Assembly: GCF_003918875.1 (NCBI RefSeq)
Contig: NW_025767523.1
Location: forward strand, 1,426,001 to 1,490,000
Length of the DNA: 64,000 nt
Direction: 5' to 3'
Source of the DNA: Haliotis rubra
Taxonomy: Eukaryota
Shown here: positions 14,001 through 25,800 of the stretch, piece by piece
Position numbering within the stretch: position 1 is the stretch's first letter
How the letters are laid out: each line of letters begins with the position of its first letter
Position numbers and translations under genes: made by a program
The notes under the pieces: generated by a model
What the model saw: the letters and a program-made list of their open reading frames with translations, nothing else
Databases searched by the model: none
What the model was told of the DNA's origin: nothing

Positions 14001-15427
14001 TAGGAACCACTGGACTAAAGACAAAGTCACTGCCAGAATGTGACCGAAAAGGAAATATATGTGAAGCTCTGCGATGTTTCAATATTAAAACCATTGGGCT
14101 AGGCAACGGCATTATACGCAAAGGGAAACCACTCCTATCTAAAACTAAAATATACTGCCCTTGGTGTATTGGAAAGGTCACGGCCATTGCTAATCGCTTG
14201 CAGACACCTTTCGTTGTAATTGTTTTTTTAAATGGAATGTTGTTTCACAATTCTTGCAACACCGAATGGCGTTAGAATAGAACTTTTAGATATTGACTCG
14301 ATAAATATGTGGTTCACAACCGCAAATAACTATCACTATCCGGTTTGAAGACCCGGTTCAATAGTCAAAATCTTTTGTTAAGTGATGTTTCTGTCAGTCA
14401 ATCCTGAATGAATGAATATTGCTATACGCCGCGACAGCAATGTTCCACTTATTTTGGGCGAGATTTTTGGTCGGCTGATATTATACACAAGTTATGTATA
14501 GGTTAATCACCCTTACAAGGTAGTTATTTAAATAAACTCTGCGAGGGCTTTATTGTTATTAAATAGAAATATTGCCCTAGGGCAGTTATTCAGTTATGCT
14601 AATAAAACACTTCCAAGAACAATGGACATAACCTTCCCTAGTGGTTTAAATCGTGTTATCGTTGAGGCCCTAGACAAATAGTTATCAGCTGTCTAAAATG
14701 CCTTCAAGGAATAACTGGCTTTATTAATGGCTGGTATCTACTTTCGAATGAGAATTTACTGGCTTTGCAAATATGTGACTCTTTCACCCAAACTCTTTTA
14801 TTCAAATGTAGCATTTGGAAACGCACCTGTGAATAAGCTTGACTGTTGTTTATCACGGGAGTTATTGTCAAGATAGGGAAGACCCAGGGAAAGACGTGGT
14901 GATTTCCCAATCCCTTGAAGCACCATGCACACAGCAAATACATTGAACATCCACTGACTAGTGCCGGTCCTTTCATCCTCCACATCAGGACATCGTTCGC
15001 TGACATTTGCTGAATCCTCACAAAGCCGGACAGTGTGAGTGGAGGAGTGATTGAAAGATGCTTCATCTATACCAGGAAGTGACGTAGGGTTTATGAAGCG
15101 CAACAGTCCCAGCATGCAATTAGCCAAGCCAAACAACACCAGTGCGCAAGACAGGATCCTCGGTATGAACCGCTTTCCTCCAAAATGGCCGAAAAGGAAA
15201 ATGGTCGAAAGGAAACCGATTTCATTGCAGCTTACTAGAAAACCGCTTTTGGTGCTACTGAGCCCAAACTGTGTCTCTAACGTCGTAATCTGGGACACCG
15301 TGTACGTCTTTACTGTCTCCACAACAAGAGACGCTACGCTGAAGACGCTAGCGAAGCCGATGATGTTGCTGAAACAATGACGTCGACGTCTCCCCGTCTC
15401 ATTAATGGTTGCAACGTTCGACGACAT
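5074..15427 (-). CDS. Organic anion transporting polypeptide (OATP/SLCO family), 9 coding exons, ~614 aa
   Basis: Exons: 15427-14827, 13994-13908, 13095-12907, 11887-11723, 11035-10855, 7564-7444, 7261-7107, 5976-5912, 5354-5074. All are GT-AG with consistent phases (1845 nt total). Motifs: ITTLETQFGLSS, LGLPYLDNN, OATP signature HPEWIGAWWIGY, Kazal-like CNC..PLCGVDGETYINPCLAGC, and PSPVVYGMVIDSTCRLWQ..CG..GACALYD. Subfamily not assigned. Confidence 0.93.
6515..6817. repeat. 72-bp tandem repeat (x4) in an SLCO intron
   Basis: Unit aaaacagtgaaccccatgatcggtgaacctttt...gcaccgcacctgc; it explains the spurious repetitive ORFs 6404-6802 and 6573-6869. Confidence 0.9.
7984..9805. repeat. 50-bp minisatellite (~35 copies) in an SLCO intron; degenerate continuation at 10515-10800
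   Basis: Unit ttgatgttctgattatttcaacttgcatttacctcccgtcaatataacct. Confidence 0.95.
9806..10517. mobile_element. ~700-bp insertion interrupting the 50-bp minisatellite, with a subterminal inverted repeat
   Basis: Satellite units resume after 10517. Inverted repeat ggtctcattacatacgaattatacgaaac (10378) / gtttcgtataattcgtatgtaatgagacc (10471). Confidence 0.55.
11280..11438. mobile_element. Palindromic relic resembling an inverted Penelope-like pLTR
   Basis: Arms tatggatatcaacttctttattttgatgga... / ...tccatcaaaatatagaagttgacatccata, containing tgatgaag..ccgaaacgtcg. Confidence 0.5.
12030..12240 (+). mobile_element. Nin/Deu-domain SINE (family B), degenerate copy
   Basis: catgcttgtcgtaagaggcgactaacgggatcgggtggtcaggctcgctg core; further decayed copies at ~16815-17010 (-), ~17590-17780 (-) and ~63270-63430 (-). 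Confidence 0.7.
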
Positions 15428-16140
15428 CGTGATATTCCTGAAACATGTAACAGCTGATTGAATATTTATAAGATAAAGGTATCCTTATTTAGCCGCTCTC
15501 TGTTGCTGTTGAACATTACAGTCCGATGAACATCAAAAGATTATTTATATCATTAGATCACAACAACAAAAAAACAAAACAAATGACACATATGTATGCG
15601 GAGAACAATTTGATAATTTACTATCAACAACACAGCATCTAAGCCTTTAGTTTCGTTAAATTGTTCCGCCTGAAAATTATGATACTGTTGATATGACAAT
15701 GTGCATTACTAGCACACACGTTTATCGCTTCACCTGAGCTGAAAACCACGAATTACAGTAAATTGAAGCATACATCTTGCAACAATATTAGCTGATATGC
15801 TTCATTAATAAATGTATGAAACGGAAAGTAAATTACCACATGCTAATTACTCTTCCATGTTACATGAAGACATTTATGTATGAGTGACAAAACCCTTGAA
15901 AAGGTTTTTCAAGGCTATTGAACGAGATTAGAATAGCGATATACCTGCGGCTCAAATTAAACATCGAAAACCAGATCACCTGGTTCAGATTTCGCCAATC
16001 CGAACAGACATTCTGAATCACGTGCATAGAGAAACAGATGCACAAGCAGCAGAGCATAATTGGTCCTTGGTGATGCCTATTTGTTTGAATGATTTTGTCA
16101 ATGATGAGGTCCAGCATTTCACATATTGTTTCAAAGTAAA

Positions 16141-16553
16141 CTTCACAAGATAGGTAAATTGCTCTAAAAGTACCAATAAACTTTACTTACAAATAACGAT
16201 CAAGGACTTAACCTTTTCCTAAAGGTTTGTCGTGTAGGAGAGATATGCACACAAGATAGATAAGTTGCTCAATGCGAACCACGTTTGTTTACAAATGATT
16301 ATCAAGGAAATAACTTTTTCCTAAATTTGTCGTGTAGGTTAGATATGCACAAAAGATAAATAAGTTGCTCAATGCGAACCACGTTTGTTTACAAATGATG
16401 ATCAAAGAAATAACTTTTTCCTAAATTTGTCCTCTAGGATAGATATGTACAAAAGATAGATAAGTTGCTCAATGCGAACCACGTTTGTTTACAAATGATG
16501 ATCAAAGAAATAACTTTTTCCTAAATTTGTCCTCTAGGATAGATATGCACAAA
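16141..16553. repeat. 100-bp tandem repeat (~4 copies)
   Basis: agatatgcac/agatatgtac recurs at 16241, 16341, 16441 and 16541. Confidence 0.9.
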
Positions 16554-19189
16554 GTTCAGCAGTACCAAACTCTGACAATTCCTGTGACTGTTAACATTTA
16601 AGCAAATCATTCAGTTTTGAAAATTCCACACGGTAGTAATTCCGCTTGTTTCAAATACTTTCTGAGAATCCTTCTTCAGGATCTGGTTAATCTTTGAGAC
16701 ATGCATTTGGTTGCATTTGCTATTTGTGTGGATCTTTGGAATTCAGTACAAAAGAGAAATCGACAAGGCATGTATGGACATGTGCCGTCTGAGCACGAGT
16801 ACCACAAAAAGAGTGGGTGAATGCGTGCGTTTAGTTTTACGCCGCACTCAGCAATATTCCAGCTATATGGCGGCTGTATGGTAATGATCGAGTCTGGACC
16901 CGGACGTTCAGTGATCAACAGCATGAGCATCAATGTACGCAATGACATACGATGACATGTGCCAATGAAGTCAGCTAGCCTGACCACCCGATCCCTTCTG
17001 TCGCCTCTTACCAAAAGAAGAGACATTGAGTAGGTGATACATGCACTACTGTTAAAACAGTACTATCCCGGTCCTTTAATATAAACGTTGATACGATATA
17101 GCAAAAGAATACTTTCTAATGACCTTTCTCTTACTGTGAAGAATCGTACATTTATTATAGGTTGCTAGAAATTATGATAGGTTGCAAGGATGAACAGTCG
17201 TAATCGTACTTTACCTCATGCCTCGGTGTGCCTTCTGTGGAAGAATGTGTCCGAGTGCCTAAACAAACCTCTGGACACATTATACATAGCGGTGCTTGTC
17301 GGAGAACACATGTTACGTTTCAATCAATTTACGTTGCATCATTAACCACATTATTGGTACCTAATCAGTCCTCACCTGATCACTGGATTGTCCATTTAAT
17401 TAAACGTTGCTCTAAATGCCCTATAATTTGTACCGACTGACCCTGGCATTAGCCTGTTGATCACAACAATCGTTTGTCTTAGTATTATTGAATTCAATTA
17501 TATGAACGATTTTATTGGGTCAATAAAAGCGTCAAGTTCAGATTTGTTGATGACATCTAAGACTGTACTCTGAGTCTGTTTAAAACTTATTTTTGTTTTG
17601 TTTGTTTGTTTTTTAATGCCGCGCTCCAGCTATATGACGGCGGTATATCAATAATCATGTCTGGACCAGAAAATCAAGTGATTGACACCTCAGCATCGGT
17701 CTACACAATAGAGATACGATGACATGTGTCAGGCAAGTAGGTAAGTCTGACCACCTGATCCTGTTAGTCGCCTCTTAAGAAAGCACGGCGCATAATTATT
17801 AAATAAGCATTATTTAGGAATTGTTGTTGACGTGTTCATTTATAAGCCATGACAGCGACTTAAAACTGTATTGCAGGACTTTCCAATAGTTACCTTTCTG
17901 TTCATCTCGGGCTGTATCCCGGGAGCTCCAGCTCTTGGTCGTCACGGTATGGCTGAGATATTGCCGATGTGACGTTAAATATTAACTCACTCACTCCAGC
18001 CCTTGGAGTGTACATTTCATCACATTTGAGGAACAATCAATGGTTTTTCCATTACCTGTTGCTATCATCTTTTGGTGGTCATTAATGAAGACTCATGATA
18101 TAGTCGGAATCGTAGAGATGACTCTGCTTTTAGCGGGATTTCTTGTGGATATAGGAACGGGCTTTGTGGCTTTAGCTTATCATTACAAATCAAGTTTAAA
18201 ACATGACGGGAATGTAAAGAGGCTTTGTGCATTGGCTGAATGTGAATTTTAATCATTTCACACATTAACTGTAACAAGCATACAACTAGCAGATATATGT
18301 TTATATATGTCATATGTATATATATACGCATTCTTGTCAGGCGGTGAATTTGATCTTCATGTCTGTTTACAATGAATGTGCATATTGGCACGAAGGTGTG
18401 TCTGGTACACCCTCTTCGATATTTCTAATAATCTAATTATGATATTTCCATTCATTAGATCGATTTATCATTACCGCACCAGCAGTGTAGATTGCACCTG
18501 AGCATTTTATTGTCTACGCTATTAAATATCGATATGACTGAGCCCGTATTCACGTCACAGATGGTAACAAGGGGATGCCAAATCAACACATCAATGATTT
18601 GATCATTTAAAATTGACAGAGCCCTTTCGTCTAATTACACTCGTTAGTTACCTTTAATAAGATCCACAACTTAAATATCATTTTGTCTTGCCTGGTATGT
18701 ATAACCTGGAAGGTTCATTAAATGGGGCAGTAATAATTATATACATTACCAAAAATATATGTCAATATTGTCATATGTTATATTTGGGATTACACTTTCT
18801 TAGTAAATGTTATATTTGTACAGATTCTAGTACTTTTACTTTGGTTGAGTCCCATCCGATTCGAACCCACACCCTCAGAGAATCTACCAGTTTGAACTAA
18901 GGGCTAACGATTCTTAAGTGTGTTGGAATATAACTACAAACTGTCAGTCCTACTATTCGGGCTTCAGTTGAGGCTAATTCCTCCTTTTCAATCATGAATT
19001 GTGTATTCACCCACCTGAAAATTCTGACGGTTGACTTGTAAATTTAATTACGTCATCCCAAACACAGACACTTCTACATTGCTTCTTCAAAGCATGCAAG
19101 CCATCAATATACTGAAAATAAGTTAAATCGGCAATCAGCAATATTGCCCACTGGTCGACATGTCTTCATGTAAACAGCTGAGAACACGT

Positions 19190-19594
19190 GAGTGAGTGTG
19201 TTAAAGTTTTAAGTCACATCGGCAGTATTTCAGCAATATCGTGACTATATCAAGTTATATATTTATAATAATTATAGGTAAATTATAAAAACCTGTCACC
19301 GAAGGATAGTAGAACAGCTAGTTTATCACAGATGGAAATTTAAAAACTAGTAATTAAACTTAAAACATTTTAACTATAGAAGACGATGCAATGTAAAAAC
19401 AGGCTATAGACTGCTAACAACTGAAGGTAGATCACCATACTAAGGTGCCATGGGTACTTAGCTGGATTTACACCATCCCTTCAGCTATTGGCAATTTTAG
19501 ATAATCTAGCCATAAATTAAAATACCATATATAAACTACGATTAAAAATAGTAGTAGGTTTAAATGAACTTTGAATGTTTGGGGACTTACGTAC
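19190..19594 (-). mobile_element. 5'-truncated non-LTR retroelement 3' end
   Basis: (actc)n-type tail with gctgaaatactgccgatgtgac, flanked by direct repeat gagaacacgtg; the same tail occurs at ~17950, ~29740 and ~33730. Confidence 0.6.
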
Positions 19595-20261
19595 CGAGAA
19601 CACGTGCGAAATGTATAAGAATCATCATAATATTCCTCCAAAACAGATTCTGCAAACGTTTCGTCGACAGATGACTACGAGTGTTGATAATTACTCACAA
19701 ATGAATGGAGATCAGAAGTCCTCACCTTCCTAGTTTATGTTCAACGCGTAGCTTTAGATCCATGTGATACTCGACCATTAACGCAGACCACCAGAAAGTG
19801 TGAGAGTAGGCACGGCTCTCCGTTATTGACATCAACTCTCATGACGGACACTTGTCAAACATCCACACAGATAAATGACACGTGTCATAACACCAATGAA
19901 TATCACATTTTGTCTGACCTGAAATATTAACTATTCGTTTCAAGTTTAATGTTTATGAAATAGAAAATTAAATAAAGCCAGGGCGAGATAACAAAACATC
20001 CGTAACCAAGGAAACCTTGTCTACTCACAGAGATGATGTCCCCAGTGATATTGCAGGAATATTGCTAAAAGCGGCGTAAAACCATACTCACTCAATACTC
20101 AGAGAAGTTGTACATGTTTCGGTTTAAAACATGTCTTTTAACTCAGTCTTTAGTGTCCTTCCTTGTGACACGTTCAATCATGACACAATAGTGTATCACT
20201 TCCCTTTATGATGTTATGTTTTTGTTTACGATAAAGAATGTCAGTGCAAAAGAATAGTATA

Positions 20262-20368
20262 CTCATGCCAATAATGGTTGTCACCCCCTTCAATTTTTAA
20301 ATTGGTGAGGGGTGTGGGGAGTAATGAGGGTTGGGGTGGGGAGGGGTGACAACCATCACTGGCATGAG
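20262..20368. mobile_element. Short TA-target MITE; second copy at 41913-42036
   Basis: TIRs ctcatgccaataatggttgtca / tgacaaccat...gcatgag, flanked by TA. Confidence 0.75.
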
Positions 20369-20747
20369 TATATTACCCAGTTTTGACTCAGGATTTAGAT
20401 TTAGTCTTAGATAGTTATCTTACCTTTACTGCGTGACGACCATGGCATACTTAGAAGATAAATAGTTTGGTTTGTTCAATATTATGTACCACACTGTTAC
20501 AGTTTTATTGTTTTCAAGTTCCTGAAATGTAGTGTCAACAATTTTGTCGTTGGAACAATATGACGCAATCTATCGTCCATGACGTGACAAGATGTTATCC
20601 AGCCTCATGTAAGAATGATATACCTGAAATTTGGAATACACAACACAATGGCCAGTGGACCCTGCTGCCATGGGGTGGCCAGCCCAGTCATGTGAAACAC
20701 ATGTGGAAATAACTGCAGGTCTTCTCACGACCCACTGTCTTTCCGCA

Positions 20748-20914
20748 GGGGCGGTGGGGTAGCCTAGTCGTTAAAGCGTTCGCTCGTCACGCCGAAGAGC
20801 CGGGTTCGATTCCCCACATGGGTACAATGTGTGAAGCCCATTTCTGATGTTCCCTGCCACGATATTGCTGGAATATTGCTAAAGACGGCGTAAAACTAAA
20901 CTCATTCACTCACT
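20748..20914 (+). mobile_element. tRNA-derived SINE (family A, ~165 bp)
   Basis: ggggcggtggggtagcctag.. A box, gggttcgattccc B box, and tail gctggaatattgct...gtaaaac followed by an (actc)n-type repeat. Confidence 0.85.
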
Positions 20915-22881
20915 GACTTTCGTTATCTCTCCGGGAACTTGGCAGTGCTCTTACTGTAGAGTGGAAAAGGCTCTTTGCTACCGTCAGACACGGATGACGA
21001 TACTGCAAGGCTGTGCCGACATCCCATATGTACTACTGAGTGTTTTAACGATGTATTTGTTGATACCCTCATTTTAAAGAGTGGCCCGACTGACCCAACC
21101 TGATGCTGCCTGGCATTGTGCCATACATGATTTTTGTTCAATAAATATTTCTTCACGAACTACTGTCAACGGCCATTTCAAGAAATGCACGCAGTTTGAA
21201 GCAGTACCTTGATGATGATATTTATCAATGCGTCAGTGGTATGTATCAAATGCTATGCACACTTGGATCTATTACGAAAACATTTTGAGACACCCCGTAG
21301 TCAAATCCAAAATCGTTATGGAGGGAGCTGCTCACAGATGCGATTATCTGTACCAAAGTAGATCATCTAACAGCACTGTACTAAAAATACACATGGTGTT
21401 ACAGCGGAGATCATAGCAATGGCAAAATGGGATTGATCCAGTTTACGGTTTCAAAAAAATCTAACGTGTGTTTTAAATATTAGTCAGTTGACATGATATT
21501 ATGACATGGTATGATAAAACATCACGGTATAAAACACAGAAAGGGGACCCGAATCAATCTCAGTCATCATACCATCCATTCATCAGAAATCGTAAAATGC
21601 TTGTACTGCTGGGATACTGTATTAAAATCACACTAGAACCGTAAGGGGTACTTTCAAATAACGGCTTCTGATAGGCATCCTTTGTTCTTTTTGTCTATTT
21701 GTTTAAGTTGAAGAAATAAATGAACACCCGTGTTTGATATGCATATAGGCATATAGGTTTTTGTCCGCTGTACTTACAGACAGTTGCTCAATTGCGTCCG
21801 ATGGCAAATCGTCTCCCGGCAGCTGAGGCCTGGGTGGCAGTGTTACCTTAAACCTTGTTTACCTCACATGACCAACAATAAAATAATATGGATGATCATT
21901 TTTATTGCGTTTTGCTGTAGATTGTACCATTTCATCAAGTGAGTGAGTGAGCTGAAGTAATATCGGCATTACTGCAGCCATAATTTGTGGATGACAGTGA
22001 CGAAATTACATAGTGAGCTATTAAATACCTGCATATGTGCAAAAATAAATTATCAACGATATACGGAAATCGCACAGTAATTGCACAAAATGTGATGATA
22101 ATATATATATAAAAGGGGGTTGAAAACAAGAGGAAGTAACTGGAAGTGAATAAAAGTGTTTTGAGCGTGTTAAACATGATCAACATAATTGTGAAACCAG
22201 AAGCGTCATATACAAGGCGAAGCAATACATATATACACACATACTGGCAAAATAAATCCGTGGTTTGAATTTAAGGTCACTTAGGTTAATATTTCAGTAA
22301 GATCAGCTTCACCGGTAGAGAAGTCCAGTTTGGCTAGTCCTTGACGTTTACCACTTCGCGGAAACCAACAAGCACGCGTAGGATGCTGGCAAACCCAGAA
22401 CTATAATCAGGAACACGTGGAATTTGGATTCGTCTATTATACATGTGCTCCTCAAAACAAGGTAATATAACAAAATGGACGCCGATGACACAGAAGAGTT
22501 ATAATTGGTTTTGATTATATTGTCTAATCTGTTCTGGTAAGCTAATGGGATATTGCAGACTTGACAACCTTTTAGGATGTTGAATGTTGAAAGACTTCTG
22601 TAATTTCCTTTCCAGACGGAAACTTTTTGGACGGAAACTTTTTGGAGGCTGGTAATTCGGTTCTGGTGTTCTTTAACTCGCCATCTGGTAATGGGCTGGA
22701 TGTTTCTATGGATGTCTGGATCCAGACAAGATAACAGCAGCAATGATCGACGATGTCGGTGGACATTCTACCGATCGCATCGCATCACTTTACGTCACCG
22801 CCCGATCCATGCAGTCGTCTCTATGGACGGGTAAGAGTTGAAGGATAATGTAGACGAATACGGTTCTCAAACGGTCGAACG

Positions 22882-25800
22882 TTACATTAATATACACGAC
22901 TTCTTCTTGGGTATGTTCTGCCGATCTCCAGCAACATTGTCTGAGAAGGAGGAACGAGAGGAGAAGATGCCTGAGTTTCGACTAACAGGCATTTCTCCTC
23001 CGGAAAAGCGGGTGGGGTTGTGCCCTGCAGAACTGCCATATGCCTGGTTACTGGGAGGCGCTCTCGTCCTGAATGACGGTGTGTTGCTGCTGGAGACGGG
23101 CGATGGGTAGGTGGGGGAACTGGATCCAATATATGCATGTTCGTATGTTGACGCACTCATTGAAGAGGGCCTGGTGATACTGGGGCCTGAAGATGACACA
23201 GGATTGACGACTTTAGCAGGTTGTGTTGGAACAGGCGGAGGCAATCTCGTCCTGATTGACGACGTGATGCTGGAGTAGGTTGGGGTACTGGATCCAACTG
23301 GAGCAGGTGGAGCCGGTTTTCGGATCATAGAGGGAACTGGGGCGGTCTTGGCTGGCGCACTAGCACTCGCAGGTGATCTTGTCACATTTCCAATACTTCT
23401 GCTCACAGACACGGATTCGTCAACAGTTTCATCTCTGTACTCGACAAGGTACTCGGGGTAGCACTGATTCCGCTCAAATATAACAAATATTGAAGGGTTG
23501 TTAATGTCGTTGACGCAAGAATCGTACAACACGTGGCCTTTTCTCGGTGGAGGCCTCGTGTAGCTGCTGTCTCCCAGTGTGTACTTACCAACAAGCACTC
23601 GGGCTAGGAACATGTACCTATTCCTGCCTTTGGTGTAACTGTGACTATACTTAGCGTCACGGGCGAAATACGCCCCCTTGCCGTACACCGTGGCGTTCTT
23701 GCCGCTGACTCTGAAGTCAAAGTTGTTGATGCAGATGTTGTTGACCACGTCTAGAGTGTCTGTGCCGTGGAAGAGTTGTCGCTGATCAATGCTCTCTGTG
23801 CTATGAGACATCTGAAGTGTCTTCTTCATACTGAAACATCATGTTTATATTTAAATAGGTGATTTCTAAGCGTTTTTATGCATCTATGAAATATAGTTTT
23901 TGTATATTTTGATAAACCCATTTTCCGTTTTCTAATAATTTAAGCAGGATTGATCTGAAGGTTAGCCCAGCATTTGTTTCGTTCAGAACTAAATATGAGA
24001 TCAGTAAATGGAATGTTTCATAAGACATATTCATACACACAGGATTATGATGCCACGCAAAAAAGACACTACAATGGGTAAAATCTGTCACAGTGACAAT
24101 ACATAACACGCCCTAAAACAAATACGAGTTTCCTGAAACAAGTCACTGTCGATTGCCTTGAGAGTGCCAAGTGCTCCGTTTTGAATCCGGAAACAGTGTC
24201 AGACTGGTATAGTAATATTGCAAACTGGACAACCTGTACCCATGAGATCTGCACCTGAACGTTTTCGGCGGTATCGAACCCACATATTGGATAACATGTA
24301 CCCACTCATATCTAATCAACTGGATGACTCGAACCTAAAAGTAAGATAGATAAGATTTGAAATTTGACTTGCAATTGTGTTCACAAATAGTTTCATACCG
24401 ACTGTGTAAATTCCTTCCACCGACCGACTTCAAGGACAATGTGAAACCATGACTTATTGGTTATTCATTACCTCATGTTACTGTATATTACAGTCCGCCA
24501 GATAAGCAATAAACCTACCATTTCAGATGCTGATTGAGTTTATCTGCCAGGGCCACTTGAGGACATTGGTGGAGTTAATTGGTTGATTAATTTAATGAAT
24601 GAAACCATATAATGCATAAAGGTCGGTGTAAATGTTGATGAATGAGTGAGTGAGTTTAGTTTTACGCCGCACTCCGCAATATCCCAGCTATATGGCGGCG
24701 GTCTGTAAATAATCGAGTCTGCAGTGATCAACAGCATGAGCATCGATCTGCGCAATTGGGAACCGATGACATGTGTCAACCAAGTCAGCGAAACTGACCA
24801 CCCGATCCATAGTCGCGACAAGCATAGTCGTCTTTTATGGCAAGCACATGGGTTGCTGAAGACCTATTCTACCCCGGATCTTCACGGTCGTTGATGAATG
24901 AACGACATTGTTACCAGTATATTACAGACTGCCAGATAAGCAATAAACCTACCATTTCAGATGCTGATTGATATTATCTGCTACGGCCACTTGACTAAAA
25001 TCACAGACATTGTGGAGTTCATTGGTTGATTGATTTTAATGAATGAAACCAGAGGTACAGATAAGCTGCGTATCTGCGTAAATTACGCAAATATTTATGT
25101 GAAAACTCAATTCCTGTTTAGTCCATTGCGTACAAGTACGCTTCATTTTTTTAAATACTCAATAAATCTGATCTTACATGTGTACAAACAAAAAAGATAA
25201 AATAACTGAGGTATATTAAAGGGTTCTATTTCAGCACCTGACCTTGGCAACTTGCAGTCTTTCTTATCGTTTCTCATGTTAACAGATCCAACATAAATAA
25301 CAAACACGTAAACCAACACATAAACTTTACTATAATTTTACAATTAATGGAAAATGGCAAAATACCCAATTGAGTTTGAGTGAGGTGGGTACAATTTATT
25401 TGGTTACTCAAAGGAAAATTAGGATACCCAATTGAGATTGACACAAGCGAGTACATAACTCAATGACCCAAGAAGTTATCTGTAGCTCTGTAATGAAACC
25501 ATAAAATGCATAAAGGTCGGTGTAAATGTTGATGAATAACGATATTGCCTTACAGCGAGTCATCCATATTTGTGTGTGTGTGTGTTCTCCAAATTTGAGT
25601 ACGGGTCACCAAAATAACGGATGAATGTAACAAAAACAGTTTAAGTGAGGGTTTATCATTTTCTTGGGTACGAATCGTGTATAAGGTCACTGGACAAGTG
25701 GATAAGTCGCAGAACTCGTTGTTCTCAACCAGCCAAGAAGAAATTGTTACCTCACGATACTTCCCGAATGTCTCGAATATCGGCCCATCCGGACACTGGG

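Noticed and set aside
17214-19730. Candidate non-coding 5' exons of the SLCO gene (donor-like sites at ~17214 and ~19725)
   Set aside because: Only splice-like motifs, with no paralog conservation or transcript evidence.
20748-20820. tRNA genes (also at 43330-43409, 45673-45735, 53061-53130, 54565-54630)
   Set aside because: The tRNA-like heads run into SINE bodies with microsatellite tails and TSDs, and lack a closed acceptor stem and terminator.
22838-23594. Overlapping or antisense ORFs within the PARP terminal exons (also 46994-47694) and SLCO exons
   Set aside because: Shadows of the real coding frame with no independent motifs.
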